Below, piece after piece: positions 49,461 to 58,916 of a stretch of DNA of 64,000 bases (within the stretch, counting starts at the first letter, position 1; every line of letters begins with the position of its first letter). The position numbers and the translations under genes are program-made. Source of the DNA: a bacterium (GTDB lineage Bacteria > Krumholzibacteriota > Krumholzibacteriia > LZORAL124-64-63); assembly GCA_031441465.1 (NCBI GenBank), contig JANOEP010000016.1, positions 32,001-96,000 of the forward strand, written 5' to 3'. The notes below the pieces were generated by a model. The model ran no database searches, was not told the origin of the DNA, and saw only the letters and a list, made by a program, of their open reading frames with translations.

Positions 49461-50432
49461 CTATTTCACCAGGGTCATGCTGCGGGACACGTCGCCGGCC
49501 ACCGTCTTCAGGACGCAGCGGTACTGCCCGGCCGGGGCGGCCCGGCCGTTGCCGTCGCGTCCGTCCCAGACCGCGCTGTGCCCGCCGGCGGCGAACATGC
49601 CGTCCGCCAGCACGGCGATGCGGCGGCCGCCGAGGTCGTACACCGCGATCTCGACCGGGCCGGCGGCGTCCAGTGCGAACTCGATCCGCGTGGACGGGTT
49701 GAACGGATTGGGATGGTTCTGCGCGAGCCTGACGCCGGGCAGCGTCGCGGCGGGCGCGGCGGTGGAGTTGTCCAGGTGGAAGTCCACGTTGTCGTAGAAG
49801 ATGCCCGAGGGCTCGAACAGCGTCACGAGGTTCATGAAACCGAACTGAAACAGCTGGCCGACCAGCCCGGCGTCGATCGTGAGCGAGACCTGGTAGCCGC
49901 CCCAGGTCGCGGGGATCGCGGTCATGTCGGCGGTCACGAAGTTGGTCATCGCGTAGCCGTTGGCGGGGTCGATGGTCTTGATGAACGCCAGAGCCGTCGA
50001 GCCGCCGCCGAGGTTGCCCATCTTGGCCTGGAACGCGAAGACCCAGGTGTCGCCGACGTCGCCGGCGACGATCGTCTGTTCCTTGAAGATGTTCGCCTGG
50101 ATCCAGTTGCCGCCGCCCTGGGCCTGGTTCTGGTAGTCGCCGTAGACCGACAGCTGCCTGCTGCCCTGATCGACGCCGCCCTCGCCGGTCGCGATCGCGC
50201 AGAACGCGGCGCCGTCGTTGGGAGCGGGGTAGGGGCCGTAACCGTACATCCAGACCATCGACGGATTGAAGGCGTTGCCGTAGACCAGCCAGCCGTCGCC
50301 GATCAGTCGCCCGACCGCCGGCAGGGGCATGCCCTCGAATGTCTGGGTGTAGGGAGTGAGCGCTTGGCTGACCCCGGAGAGCAGGCAGAGCAGAGCCGCT
50401 GCCGCAACGATCGTGGTGACTTTGGTTTTCAT
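49461..50432 (-). CDS. Secreted CBM-like protein with FlgD-Ig tail
   Basis: Signal peptide MKTKVTT..SQA; jelly-roll-like core (YTQTFE..IFYDNV); NHPNPFNP tail. Confidence 0.7.
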   Translation of the reverse strand: MKTKVTTIVAAAALLCLLSGVSQALTPYTQTFEGMPLPAVGRLIGDGWLVYGNAFNPSMVWMYGYGPYPAPNDGAAFCAIATGEGGVDQGSRQLSVYGDYQNQAQGGGNWIQANIFKEQTIVAGDVGDTWVFAFQAKMGNLGGGSTALAFIKTIDPANGYAMTNFVTADMTAIPATWGGYQVSLTIDAGLVGQLFQFGFMNLVTLFEPSGIFYDNVDFHLDNSTAAPAATLPGVRLAQNHPNPFNPSTRIEFALDAAGPVEIAVYDLGGRRIAVLADGMFAAGGHSAVWDGRDGNGRAAPAGQYRCVLKTVAGDVSRSMTLVK

Positions 50433-50535
50433 CTCGACAACCTCTCGTTGAAGACGGCTCCCGCACCTGCGGACCGCGTCAGGTCGACCGCGGCGGGCGA
50501 TGGCGGCGATGCGCCCGCCTGCGCGGATTCCTGCC

Positions 50536-50582
50536 TTGACAGGGCCTCCAGTATCATACACTATGTTCGGAGTCCGAACAAA
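50536..50582 (+). promoter_or_regulatory. TTGACA promoter element and operator C
   Basis: TTGACA 50536-41; TATGTTCGG-AGT-CCGAACAAA (50562-82), core TGTTCGGA-G-TCCGAACA perfectly palindromic. Confidence 0.75.
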
Positions 50583-50673
50583 GATTTTTTTCTGGGTTGT
50601 CCGGGGGCTTGCCTGATGACCGGGCGCGGTCGGAAACTCCGGTGGACCACGGCGTGAGGGGAGTCGAAGGACC

Positions 50674-52050
50674 ATGACCCTCCATCGTTTTCCTGAGGGA
50701 TTCCTCTGGGGTGTCGCCACCTCCGCCCAGCAGATCGAGGGCGCGCGTCGCGACGACGGTCGCGGCGACTCCATCTGGGACCGCTTCGCCGACACGCCCG
50801 GAAAGATCGCCGACGGCGCCGACCCCGGCGTGGCCTGCGACCACTACCACCGTTGGCGCGAGGACATCGATCTCATGCAGCGGATGGGCCTGAACGCCTA
50901 CCGCTTCTCGATCGCCTGGCCGCGGATCCTGCCCGAGGGCCGCGGGACCGTCAACGCTGCCGGCCTCGGCTTCTACGATGCGCTGATCGACGCGCTGCTG
51001 GAGGCCGGGCTCGAACCTCTGCCGACGCTCTACCACTGGGATCTGCCCCAGGCCCTGCAGGACCGCGGCGGCTGGTCGTCTCGCGACACGGTCGATGACT
51101 TCGCCGACTATGCGTCGGCGGTCGCGCGGCGCCTCGGCGACCGGGTCCGCTGGTGGACCACCCACAACGAACCCTGGTGCGTGGCGACGCTCGGCCACGA
51201 GGAGGGGCATCACGCGCCCGGCCACGCCGATCCGGCCGAGGCCCTGCGCGTCGCGCACCACCTGCTGCTCTCGCACGCACGCGCGTCGGCGATGATCCGC
51301 CGCGATGCGCCCGGCGCCGAGGTCGGGCTGGTGACGAACTACTGCCCCGCCCACCCGGCCACCGACAGCGAGGCCGATGGCGACGCCGCCCGCTGGTTCG
51401 ACGGCTTCTTCAACCGCTGGTACCTGGATCCCCTGTTCTGCGGGGAGTATCCGGCGGACGCCGTCGCCGACCGCATCGCCGCCGGCCACCTCGCCGGTCC
51501 GGAGTTGCCGTTCGTGCGGGACGGCGACCTCGCCGCCATCTCGCAGCCGCTCTCGTTCCTCGGTATCAACTACTACAGCCGCGTCGTGATGCGCGCGGGA
51601 GCGGACGGCCGCCGCGAGGCGGTGCCGCCGGCGCCGCCGGCGGCGGTCACGGACATGGGCTGGGAGGTACGGCCCGAATGTCTGCACGAGAGCCTGCTGC
51701 GCCTCACGCGCGACTACGCGCCGCGCCGGCTCCTGATCACCGAGAACGGTGCGGCCTACGACGATCCGCCGGGCCCGGACGGCCGCATCGCCGACGCCCG
51801 CCGGATCGATTACCTGCGCGGCCACCTGCTGGCCGCCCAGCGGGCGATCGCGGATGGCGTGCCCCTGCAGGGGTACTTCGCCTGGTCGCTGCTGGACAAC
51901 TTCGAGTGGAGCTTCGGCTACCGCATGAAGTTCGGGCTCCACGCGGTCGATCCGCGGACCCTGGCGCGTCTGCCCAAGGACAGCGCCGTCTGGTACGCGG
52001 ATACCGTCTCAGCCAACGCCGTCGAAGACAACCTCCCGTCCACCGGATAA
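50674..52050 (+). CDS. GH1 beta-glucosidase
   Basis: FLWGVATSAQQIEG, YRFSIAWPR, TLYHWDLP, HNEP, ITENG, WSLLDNFEW; no signal peptide. Confidence 0.95.
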   Translation: MTLHRFPEGFLWGVATSAQQIEGARRDDGRGDSIWDRFADTPGKIADGADPGVACDHYHRWREDIDLMQRMGLNAYRFSIAWPRILPEGRGTVNAAGLGFYDALIDALLEAGLEPLPTLYHWDLPQALQDRGGWSSRDTVDDFADYASAVARRLGDRVRWWTTHNEPWCVATLGHEEGHHAPGHADPAEALRVAHHLLLSHARASAMIRRDAPGAEVGLVTNYCPAHPATDSEADGDAARWFDGFFNRWYLDPLFCGEYPADAVADRIAAGHLAGPELPFVRDGDLAAISQPLSFLGINYYSRVVMRAGADGRREAVPPAPPAAVTDMGWEVRPECLHESLLRLTRDYAPRRLLITENGAAYDDPPGPDGRIADARRIDYLRGHLLAAQRAIADGVPLQGYFAWSLLDNFEWSFGYRMKFGLHAVDPRTLARLPKDSAVWYADTVSANAVEDNLPSTG

Positions 52051-52061
52051 AGGAGACTCCC

Positions 52062-55000
52062 GTGCACTCGAATCCAGCCGGACGCTTCCGCCGCCCTCCC
52101 ACCGCGGTCCTGCTCGCGTGCCTGCCGCTGCTGCTGGCCGCGTCGTCGGGCATCCTCCCGGCCCGGGCCGCGCCGCCGCCGCGCGTCGTGGTGGTGACCG
52201 ACGACAGTGGTTCGCGCCTGCAGGTCGGCGGCCGCGACTTCCCGGTCTTCGGGATGAACTGGGACTACATGCCGATCGGCCACAACTACACCTACAACCT
52301 GTGGGCGCAGCCGGACGAGGTGATCGTCGCGGCGCTGGAAAGGGAGATGTCCCTGCTGCAGAACATGGGCGTCAACGCGATCCGCCAGAGCGTCGGCGTG
52401 CCGCCGCGGTGGGTGGCGTACATCCACGAGAAATACGGCATCTTCACGGTGCTCAACCACGTGGTCGGCCGCTACGGCCTGACCCTGGGCGGCGTGTGGA
52501 CCCCGGCCACCGACTACGGCGATCCGGCGACGCGCGCCCAGTTGCGGGGCGAGGTGTCGGCGATGGTCGAGCAGTACCGCGGCACTCCGGGCGTGCTGAT
52601 GTGGCTGCTGGGCAACGAGAACAACTACGGACTCTCCTGGAAGTCCTTCGAGATCGAGGCGCTGCCCGAGGGCGAGCGCGACGTCGCGCGGGCGCGCCGC
52701 CTGTACTCCCTGTTCGGGGAGATCGTCCGCGACGTCCACCGCCTCGACCCGGACCGCCCTGTCGCGATCGCCAACGGCGACGTGCAGTACATCGACCTGA
52801 TCGCCGAGGAGTGCCCCGACCTGGACGTGTTCGGCACCAACGTGTACCGCGGCGGCTCGGCGCGCGACCTCTTCCAGGTGGTCCGCGACAAGCTGGGGAC
52901 GCCGGTGATGTTCACCGAGTTCGGAGCCGACGCCTTCAACGCGGTCACGATGCGGGAGGACCAAACCATGCAGGCCCGGTACCTGCTGGCCCAGTGGCGC
53001 GAGATCTACGCGCAGGCCGCCGGTCAAGGCCGGGTGGGCAACGCGATCGGCGGCCTGGTCTTCCAGTGGAGCGACGGCTGGTGGAAGTACCTGCAGGACA
53101 GCCGGCTCGACGTCCACGACACGAACGCCTCGTGGCCCAACGGCGGCTACGTCGAGGACTTCCGCGAAGGCGACAACAACATGAACGAGGAGTGGTGGGG
53201 CATCGCCGCCAAGGGTCCGCCCGACGCGCACGGCCTCTACGAGGTCTATCCCCGCGCCGCCTACTACGCGCTGCGCGACGCGTTCAGCCTGGACCCCTAC
53301 GCGCCGGGGACGGATCCCGCCGCCATCGCGGCACACTTCGACCGCATCACCGCGACGGGCGCGGCGCTCGAGGCGCGCGGCGCCTCCGCCAGCCTGGAGA
53401 CCGACGCGCTGGGCAAGGTTCGCGTGGCGGGCCTGCGTCTGGAGTACGAGACCTACAGCACCGGCGGCGAGAACGTCAGCACGCCGCCGTCGTCGGCGCC
53501 GCAGGAGGCGTTCCCCTCCTACCGCGGCTTCGACAACGGCCAGTCGTTCTACGTCGATCTCGAGGCCAAGCCCAGCGGCGCGGTCACCGGCCGCCTCTCG
53601 CTGAACGTGCTGGGCCACGTGGCCCGCAACCGGATCGACGAGGTGTTCTACGAGAACCGCGGCCGACCCCAGGCGGTGCGCGCCGCCGACGGCGGCGTCC
53701 TGCAGCTCGACGCCAACGAGCGGGTCAAGGTCTACCGGTCGTCGCTGTCGTGGAACGACAAGCGCTTCGACCTCGAGGCGTTCTACCGCACCGGCCATCT
53801 GCACTGGCAGTACGAGGGTGATTTCTTCGGACTGTACCGCGATGCCTATTACGGCGAAAACGTCGACATCTACAACGGCGAGGCGCCGATCGGCTTCGAG
53901 ATCGCGGGCAAACGGGGGCTCGCCGGGCTCAAGGCGGCCTTCGGGCCGCAGCTCTGGTGGGGCGCGAACCCGGCGATGTTCGTCAAGTACCAGCGGCGCG
54001 CGGCGGGTGCGGACTGGACAGCCTTGTTCCAGGACGACTTCACGCAGCAGACGCAGCTGAGCAGCTCGGTCGCGATTCCCGTGCGCAAGACCCGCAAGGC
54101 GTCGCTGCAGCTGAAGGCGCCGGTCGGCCGGTTCTTGTTCGAGGGGGGCGTGCTCTGGTCGGGGCGGCCGCGCGTCGGCGAGACGTTCCAGCTCGTGGAC
54201 GAGGACTTGCTGGCGTCGGGCGCGTCGCTCTCGCCCGCCGACGTCAGGCAGGACGCGATCGTCGACGGCGACACGTTCGGCTGCAAAGGCAAGCTCACCT
54301 GGCAGCGCGGCCGCTGGAACTGGTACGCCCAGGGCGCCTACATGGGCCTGGTCGCCGAGGCCGGCCCCACGGCCATCCCCACCTTCACCGGCTGGGAGCT
54401 GCGGGACAGCGGCTCGGGCAACCAGGTCAACGCGCTGTCCGGCGTCGCGGTGACGCTGGGCGACTGGCAGGTCGGGCCGAACCTGCTGTGGCAGAAGCCC
54501 ATTGTCGGGCCCATGCCGGGCGCGGAGCAGCTCGCCTACACCCAGGGACGCCCGCGCAACATCCTCGACGACCCGTTCGCGGTGCGCGGCAACCGCGAGA
54601 CCAAAGCCGCCGAGCTGATGGTCGTCTACGATCCCACGCCCGCCACCTGGATGTGGACCTGGGACAGCGACGCGCGCGAGGATGCCGACCTGGCCGCCAG
54701 CCTCGGCCTGGTGTTCCGCCGCCACGAGACCACGGCCGACGCGGGCCTGTTCATCTCGGCCGAGAATCTGATCTACCCCTTCCCGGGCGGCACGCCCCCG
54801 CGCGACCTGTGGGAGCTGCACGCCCGCGTCGCCAACCGCGTGGGCGCGGGAGCGCGCATGGTCGGCCACCTGTACTGGGGCACGTCCGAACCGAACGGCG
54901 CCGACCGCCGCCTGATCCACCGCTTCGGCACCGACGCGCGCATCGGCTGGCGGTCGGCGGCGCTGGCGGGCCATCTGAAGCTCAACGACTTCGGCCCCTA

Positions 55001-55259
55001 CGATTACCAACGCGACTTCAACCTGACCTACCCGCTGCAGGCGATGGCGGACGCGTCGTTCACGCTCGGCTCGCCGGTCTGGTTCAGCCTGCCCCAGACG
55101 AAGCTCGGCGTGCGTCTGACCTACCGCACGCTCGACCGCCACTCGAACCGGTATGCGCCTGAGGGGTACGCAGCGCCGGTTGTGGGGGAGCTGTATCCTG
55201 AGGGTCTGCCGGGCGGACGGGAGTGGGAGATCCGTACCTACCTGCACCTGAGTCTCTAA
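52062..55259 (+). CDS. Secreted clan GH-A (GH2-like) TIM-barrel hydrolase fused to a probable outer-membrane beta-barrel
   Basis: AAGGAG RBS and GTG; signal peptide; LGNENNY and MFTEFGAD catalytic Glu; C-terminal ~600 aa of amphipathic strands ending WEIRTYLHLSL. Confidence 0.7.
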   Translation: MHSNPAGRFRRPPTAVLLACLPLLLAASSGILPARAAPPPRVVVVTDDSGSRLQVGGRDFPVFGMNWDYMPIGHNYTYNLWAQPDEVIVAALEREMSLLQNMGVNAIRQSVGVPPRWVAYIHEKYGIFTVLNHVVGRYGLTLGGVWTPATDYGDPATRAQLRGEVSAMVEQYRGTPGVLMWLLGNENNYGLSWKSFEIEALPEGERDVARARRLYSLFGEIVRDVHRLDPDRPVAIANGDVQYIDLIAEECPDLDVFGTNVYRGGSARDLFQVVRDKLGTPVMFTEFGADAFNAVTMREDQTMQARYLLAQWREIYAQAAGQGRVGNAIGGLVFQWSDGWWKYLQDSRLDVHDTNASWPNGGYVEDFREGDNNMNEEWWGIAAKGPPDAHGLYEVYPRAAYYALRDAFSLDPYAPGTDPAAIAAHFDRITATGAALEARGASASLETDALGKVRVAGLRLEYETYSTGGENVSTPPSSAPQEAFPSYRGFDNGQSFYVDLEAKPSGAVTGRLSLNVLGHVARNRIDEVFYENRGRPQAVRAADGGVLQLDANERVKVYRSSLSWNDKRFDLEAFYRTGHLHWQYEGDFFGLYRDAYYGENVDIYNGEAPIGFEIAGKRGLAGLKAAFGPQLWWGANPAMFVKYQRRAAGADWTALFQDDFTQQTQLSSSVAIPVRKTRKASLQLKAPVGRFLFEGGVLWSGRPRVGETFQLVDEDLLASGASLSPADVRQDAIVDGDTFGCKGKLTWQRGRWNWYAQGAYMGLVAEAGPTAIPTFTGWELRDSGSGNQVNALSGVAVTLGDWQVGPNLLWQKPIVGPMPGAEQLAYTQGRPRNILDDPFAVRGNRETKAAELMVVYDPTPATWMWTWDSDAREDADLAASLGLVFRRHETTADAGLFISAENLIYPFPGGTPPRDLWELHARVANRVGAGARMVGHLYWGTSEPNGADRRLIHRFGTDARIGWRSAALAGHLKLNDFGPYDYQRDFNLTYPLQAMADASFTLGSPVWFSLPQTKLGVRLTYRTLDRHSNRYAPEGYAAPVVGELYPEGLPGGREWEIRTYLHLSL

Positions 55260-55283
55260 GCGGTCCCGCGCAGGACGACGAGG

Positions 55284-55310
55284 GGCCCGGCCGTTTCGGC
55301 CGGGCCTTTC
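55284..55310. terminator. Intrinsic terminator between convergent genes
   Basis: GGCCCGGCCG-TTT-CGGCCGGGCC followed by TTTC. Confidence 0.7.
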
Positions 55311-55359
55311 CGTGTCGGCGGCGGGACGGGGAGGCCGTCGTCCCGGGGAGTCGCGGTGC

Positions 55360-56169
55360 CTACCGTAAATCGCCGTAGACGCGGACCCAATCGACGAGCA
55401 TCGCCTGCGGGAAGACGGTCGAATCGTCGGGCGGGCCGACCCAGTTGCCGCCCACCGCGACGTTCAGCAGGATGAAGAAGGGGCGGTCGAAGACCCAGGA
55501 CGCGCCGGCGGGCAGAGCGGAGCGGTCGACCGCCAGGTAGGCGTAGCCGTCGATGAACCAGGTGATCGACCTGTCGTTCCAATCGATCGCGTAGATGTGG
55601 AAACCGAAGTCGTAGCCGCCCTGGGAGATCGAGTGGGCGGCGGTGAGCGCCGCGCCGCCGGCGTAGCCGGGGCCGTGCAGGCTGCCGTGGATCGTGCGCG
55701 GCTCCTGGCCCCGGTACTCCATGACATCGATCTCACCGCACGCCGGCCACCCGACCTCGCGCACGTCGGCGCCGAGCAGCCAGAAGGCGGGCCACAGGCC
55801 GCGGCCGGAGGGCAGCTTGAGGCGCGCCTCGAAGCGGCCGTGCGCCTGCGCGAACAGTCCCTCGGTCTTGAGGCGGGCCGAGGTGTAGGCGCGGTCTTCC
55901 CACTCCTGCGCGCGGGCCGTGATCGCGAGGCGGCCCTCGCCGTCGAGACACGCGTTCTCGGCGCGGTCGGTGTCGTACTCGAGCTGGGCGTTGCCCCAAC
56001 CGGTGCCGATGTCGAAGCACCACTTGGCGGGATCGGGCTGCTGGCCGGCGGGGCCTTCGAAGTCATCCTCGAAGGTCAGGCCGTAGGGCGCCGGCGCCTC
56101 CTCATCGGTGCAGCCGCCGGCAGCGCCGAGGGCGAGCAGCGCCGCGAGCAGCGCCGCGGCGGTCTTCAC
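55360..56169 (-). CDS. GH16 laminarinase-type lipoprotein
   Basis: Lipobox AGGC; GWGNAQLEY, YTSARL, LWPAFW, WPACGEIDVME, LNVAVGG, MLVDWVRVY. Confidence 0.92.
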   Translation of the reverse strand: MKTAAALLAALLALGAAGGCTDEEAPAPYGLTFEDDFEGPAGQQPDPAKWCFDIGTGWGNAQLEYDTDRAENACLDGEGRLAITARAQEWEDRAYTSARLKTEGLFAQAHGRFEARLKLPSGRGLWPAFWLLGADVREVGWPACGEIDVMEYRGQEPRTIHGSLHGPGYAGGAALTAAHSISQGGYDFGFHIYAIDWNDRSITWFIDGYAYLAVDRSALPAGASWVFDRPFFILLNVAVGGNWVGPPDDSTVFPQAMLVDWVRVYGDLR

Positions 56170-57431
56170 GCCAGGGCGTCGCCGGCGCGCGCCGGGACAG
56201 CGACCGTTGGGAACAGGTGGGAATCCTCGAGCGCCGTTTTCAGGACCAGCGTCGCCGCCCCGATCGCCACCGACAGCGGACCCAGCTCGCTGGTGCGGAT
56301 CTCAGCCGCGGCCAGCGAGCTGACCAGCGTGCGGTTGCGGATGTGTTCGCGCAGCGGTCCGAGCAGCAGGTCGCCGAGACGGGCGAGGTCGCCGCCGACG
56401 ATCACCAGAGACGGGTTCATCAGGTTCATCATGCCGGCCACGGCGCGGCCGAGATGTTCGGTCGCCTCGGTCGCCACGCGCAGCGCCAGCGGATCGCCGG
56501 CCAAGGCGGCGTTCTCGATGTCGTGGACCGAGATCGCGAGGCCGGTCAGCGAGCTGCCCGGGTAATCGGCGCCCAGTTCCAGCGCGCGTTCGACCAGCGC
56601 CTGGCTGCCTGCCAGGGTGACCAGGCATCCCTGCAGTCCGCAGATGCAGCGCTTGCCCTTGGGGTCGATCGAGATGTGTCCGATCTCGCCCGCGGTGCCG
56701 GTGGCCCCGCGGTAGATCTCGCCGCCGATCACGTGCCCGGAGCCGATGCCGGTGGCGACCTTGATGTAGGCGAGGTCGTCGACGCCGCGGCCCACGCCCC
56801 ACCAGTGCTCGGCCAGGGCGCCCAGGTTGGCGTCGTTGTCGACCATCAGCGGCGCGGCGAGCCGGCGCGACAGGTCCTCCAGCCCGAGACGGCCGCCCCA
56901 GGCGGGAATGACGATCTCGGAGAGGCGGCCGGGGTGAGAGGGGTCGAGCGGGCAGGGCACCGCGACGCCGACGCCCACCAGTGGCCGCTCTGCGGCCGCC
57001 GGCGAGGCGAGGCATTCGTGGCACAGCGTCTCGATCAGCCGGCGCGTGCCGTGCGGATCGTTGCGCACGGGGTGTTCGCGTGCGGCGTGGGCCAGCACGC
57101 GGCCGCGCAGGTCGGTCAGCGCGACGGTGACGTGGGCCGCGCCCATCTCGACGCCCAGGATCGTGCAGGCGTCGTCGCGGAATTCGAGCACGATGGGGCG
57201 GCGGCCGCCCTGCGACGGGCCCTCGCCGCACTCGATGACGATCCCCATGGGCAGGATCTCGTTGACGATCTCAGAGACGGTGGAGCGCGACAGGCCGGCG
57301 AGCCGCGCGATGTCGGCGCGCGAAACGCGGCGGTGCTGCCAGATCAGCCGCAGCACGGCGTCGGCGAGGGGTCGCGGTCGGTCCGGACCCGACCGACGCA
57401 GCCCCTTCCAGTGCAGGTTACCGTTGTTCAT
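56166..57431 (-). CDS. ROK-family transcriptional repressor
   Basis: N-terminal HTH (SRADIARLAGLSRSTVSEIV); NDANLGALAE, GIGSG, GEIGH, CICG..GC. Confidence 0.93.
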   Translation of the reverse strand: MNNGNLHWKGLRRSGPDRPRPLADAVLRLIWQHRRVSRADIARLAGLSRSTVSEIVNEILPMGIVIECGEGPSQGGRRPIVLEFRDDACTILGVEMGAAHVTVALTDLRGRVLAHAAREHPVRNDPHGTRRLIETLCHECLASPAAAERPLVGVGVAVPCPLDPSHPGRLSEIVIPAWGGRLGLEDLSRRLAAPLMVDNDANLGALAEHWWGVGRGVDDLAYIKVATGIGSGHVIGGEIYRGATGTAGEIGHISIDPKGKRCICGLQGCLVTLAGSQALVERALELGADYPGSSLTGLAISVHDIENAALAGDPLALRVATEATEHLGRAVAGMMNLMNPSLVIVGGDLARLGDLLLGPLREHIRNRTLVSSLAAAEIRTSELGPLSVAIGAATLVLKTALEDSHLFPTVAVPARAGDALA

Positions 57432-57473
57432 GCGGCCGATTCCTCCGGTGCGTCCCGTGGCGATCGAGGCATC

Positions 57474-58856
57474 CTACCTGTGGAAGTAGACGTTGTCCAC
57501 CAGCACGACACTCGCGTCGGGGGTACTCAGCACGATCTGGCCCAGATGGTCCAGCGGCACGGTGAACCCGAAGTCAGCCAGGGGGATCTCCAGCGACGAC
57601 CAGCCGCCGGCGACGAAGGCGGGCGTCGTCGACGCGTCGAAGGCCAGCTCAGAACTGCCGGTGCCCCAGCCGTTGTCGCCGCTGAACGGGACCAACTTCA
57701 CCAGGAAGCGGGTCCCGGCCGGCGCGAACACGTCGAGGTGCAGGTGTGTCATCGCCGTCACGTCGATCGTGTGCAGGTGGAAGTCGAAGCCCACGAAGTT
57801 CAGGAAGGTGTAGAAGCGCGACAAGTCGCCGTCGATCGTGAAGAGACCGTCCTCGGTCGTCGAATACTGCCAGCGGGGGTTCCAGTTGACGACGGTCGCG
57901 TCCGGGTAGACGCCGCTGAACAGCGAGATCACGTCGGCGCCCGGCAGCGTCGGCGGCGTTGCGGGCACCGGCGGCGGCTGGTAGCCGCTGACGGTCACGG
58001 CGCCCTCGACCGGCATCCCGGCGAGGGTGGCCGTGATGACGGCCTCGCCGAGACCGACCATTCGGATCTCGTTGCGGATGACCGTCGCCACCGACGGGTC
58101 CGACGAGCTGAAATCGAAGTAGCCGGGCATGTGGTCGACCCGCACCGGGGCCCCGTCCACGGCGAAGACGGTGTGGACGCTGTCCAGCCTGGCGGTCGTG
58201 CCGATGAAGTACTGCTTGTTCAGGGGCTTCAGGGTGGGCTGGGGGTCGGTGACGTTGTCGAGCCGCGCGAAGCGGATGTCGTCGATCCAGATCCGGTGGC
58301 CCTCGGGATAGCCGACCTCGCGGCCCTCGGCGAAGGTGAACATGCCGCGCTCGGACACCAGCTTCGCGGGCGCGGGGATCGGCACGACCACGAACGACCA
58401 GGCAGTCGTCAGGGGAATGCCCGAGCGGCCGGCGGTCAGGTGCGAGGTGCCGGTGTTGTCGTTGCCGTAGCCGAACACGTCCATCGCACAGGGGATGCTG
58501 GCGCGGGCATAAAAGGTCAGCGCGTTGAAGTCGGCCAGGTCGCGGCCGGCGACGGCGGTCAGCACGCCGCCCGCCCACGCTCCCAGGTTCGAGCCCTCGG
58601 GCGGCACGGTGATCGTCAGCGAGCGGTCGCCGGACTGCACGAACACCGAATCGGCGCCCACCGCGTACGGATCGGTGTCCATGAAGGCCTGGAAGTAGAC
58701 GTCGGGGGCGTAGGCGTCGTCGAAGACCAGGGGGTCGATCGGCGCGCGCGCCTGGTCCAGGTCGGCGGGGTTGCGGTTGCCGCAGCCGGCGCCGGTCAGG
58801 GCCAGGGCGCACAGCAGGGCCAACGCGAGGGACGACGAGGGACGGATCGGCATCAC
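57474..58856 (-). CDS. Lipoprotein with CBM-like and Ig-like (Big_2) domains; probable surface glycan-binding protein
   Basis: Lipobox GAGC; FNALTFYA..IWIDDIRF; FSSSDPSVATV; PTLPGADVISLFS..MTHLHLDVF..LVDNVYFH. Confidence 0.65.
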   Translation of the reverse strand: MMPIRPSSSLALALLCALALTGAGCGNRNPADLDQARAPIDPLVFDDAYAPDVYFQAFMDTDPYAVGADSVFVQSGDRSLTITVPPEGSNLGAWAGGVLTAVAGRDLADFNALTFYARASIPCAMDVFGYGNDNTGTSHLTAGRSGIPLTTAWSFVVVPIPAPAKLVSERGMFTFAEGREVGYPEGHRIWIDDIRFARLDNVTDPQPTLKPLNKQYFIGTTARLDSVHTVFAVDGAPVRVDHMPGYFDFSSSDPSVATVIRNEIRMVGLGEAVITATLAGMPVEGAVTVSGYQPPPVPATPPTLPGADVISLFSGVYPDATVVNWNPRWQYSTTEDGLFTIDGDLSRFYTFLNFVGFDFHLHTIDVTAMTHLHLDVFAPAGTRFLVKLVPFSGDNGWGTGSSELAFDASTTPAFVAGGWSSLEIPLADFGFTVPLDHLGQIVLSTPDASVVLVDNVYFHR

Positions 58857-58916
58857 GATCGCCTCCGTGGGGATGCGCCGCCGGGTTCGGACCCGGAATC
58901 CGGCTGTCGAGCGGCC

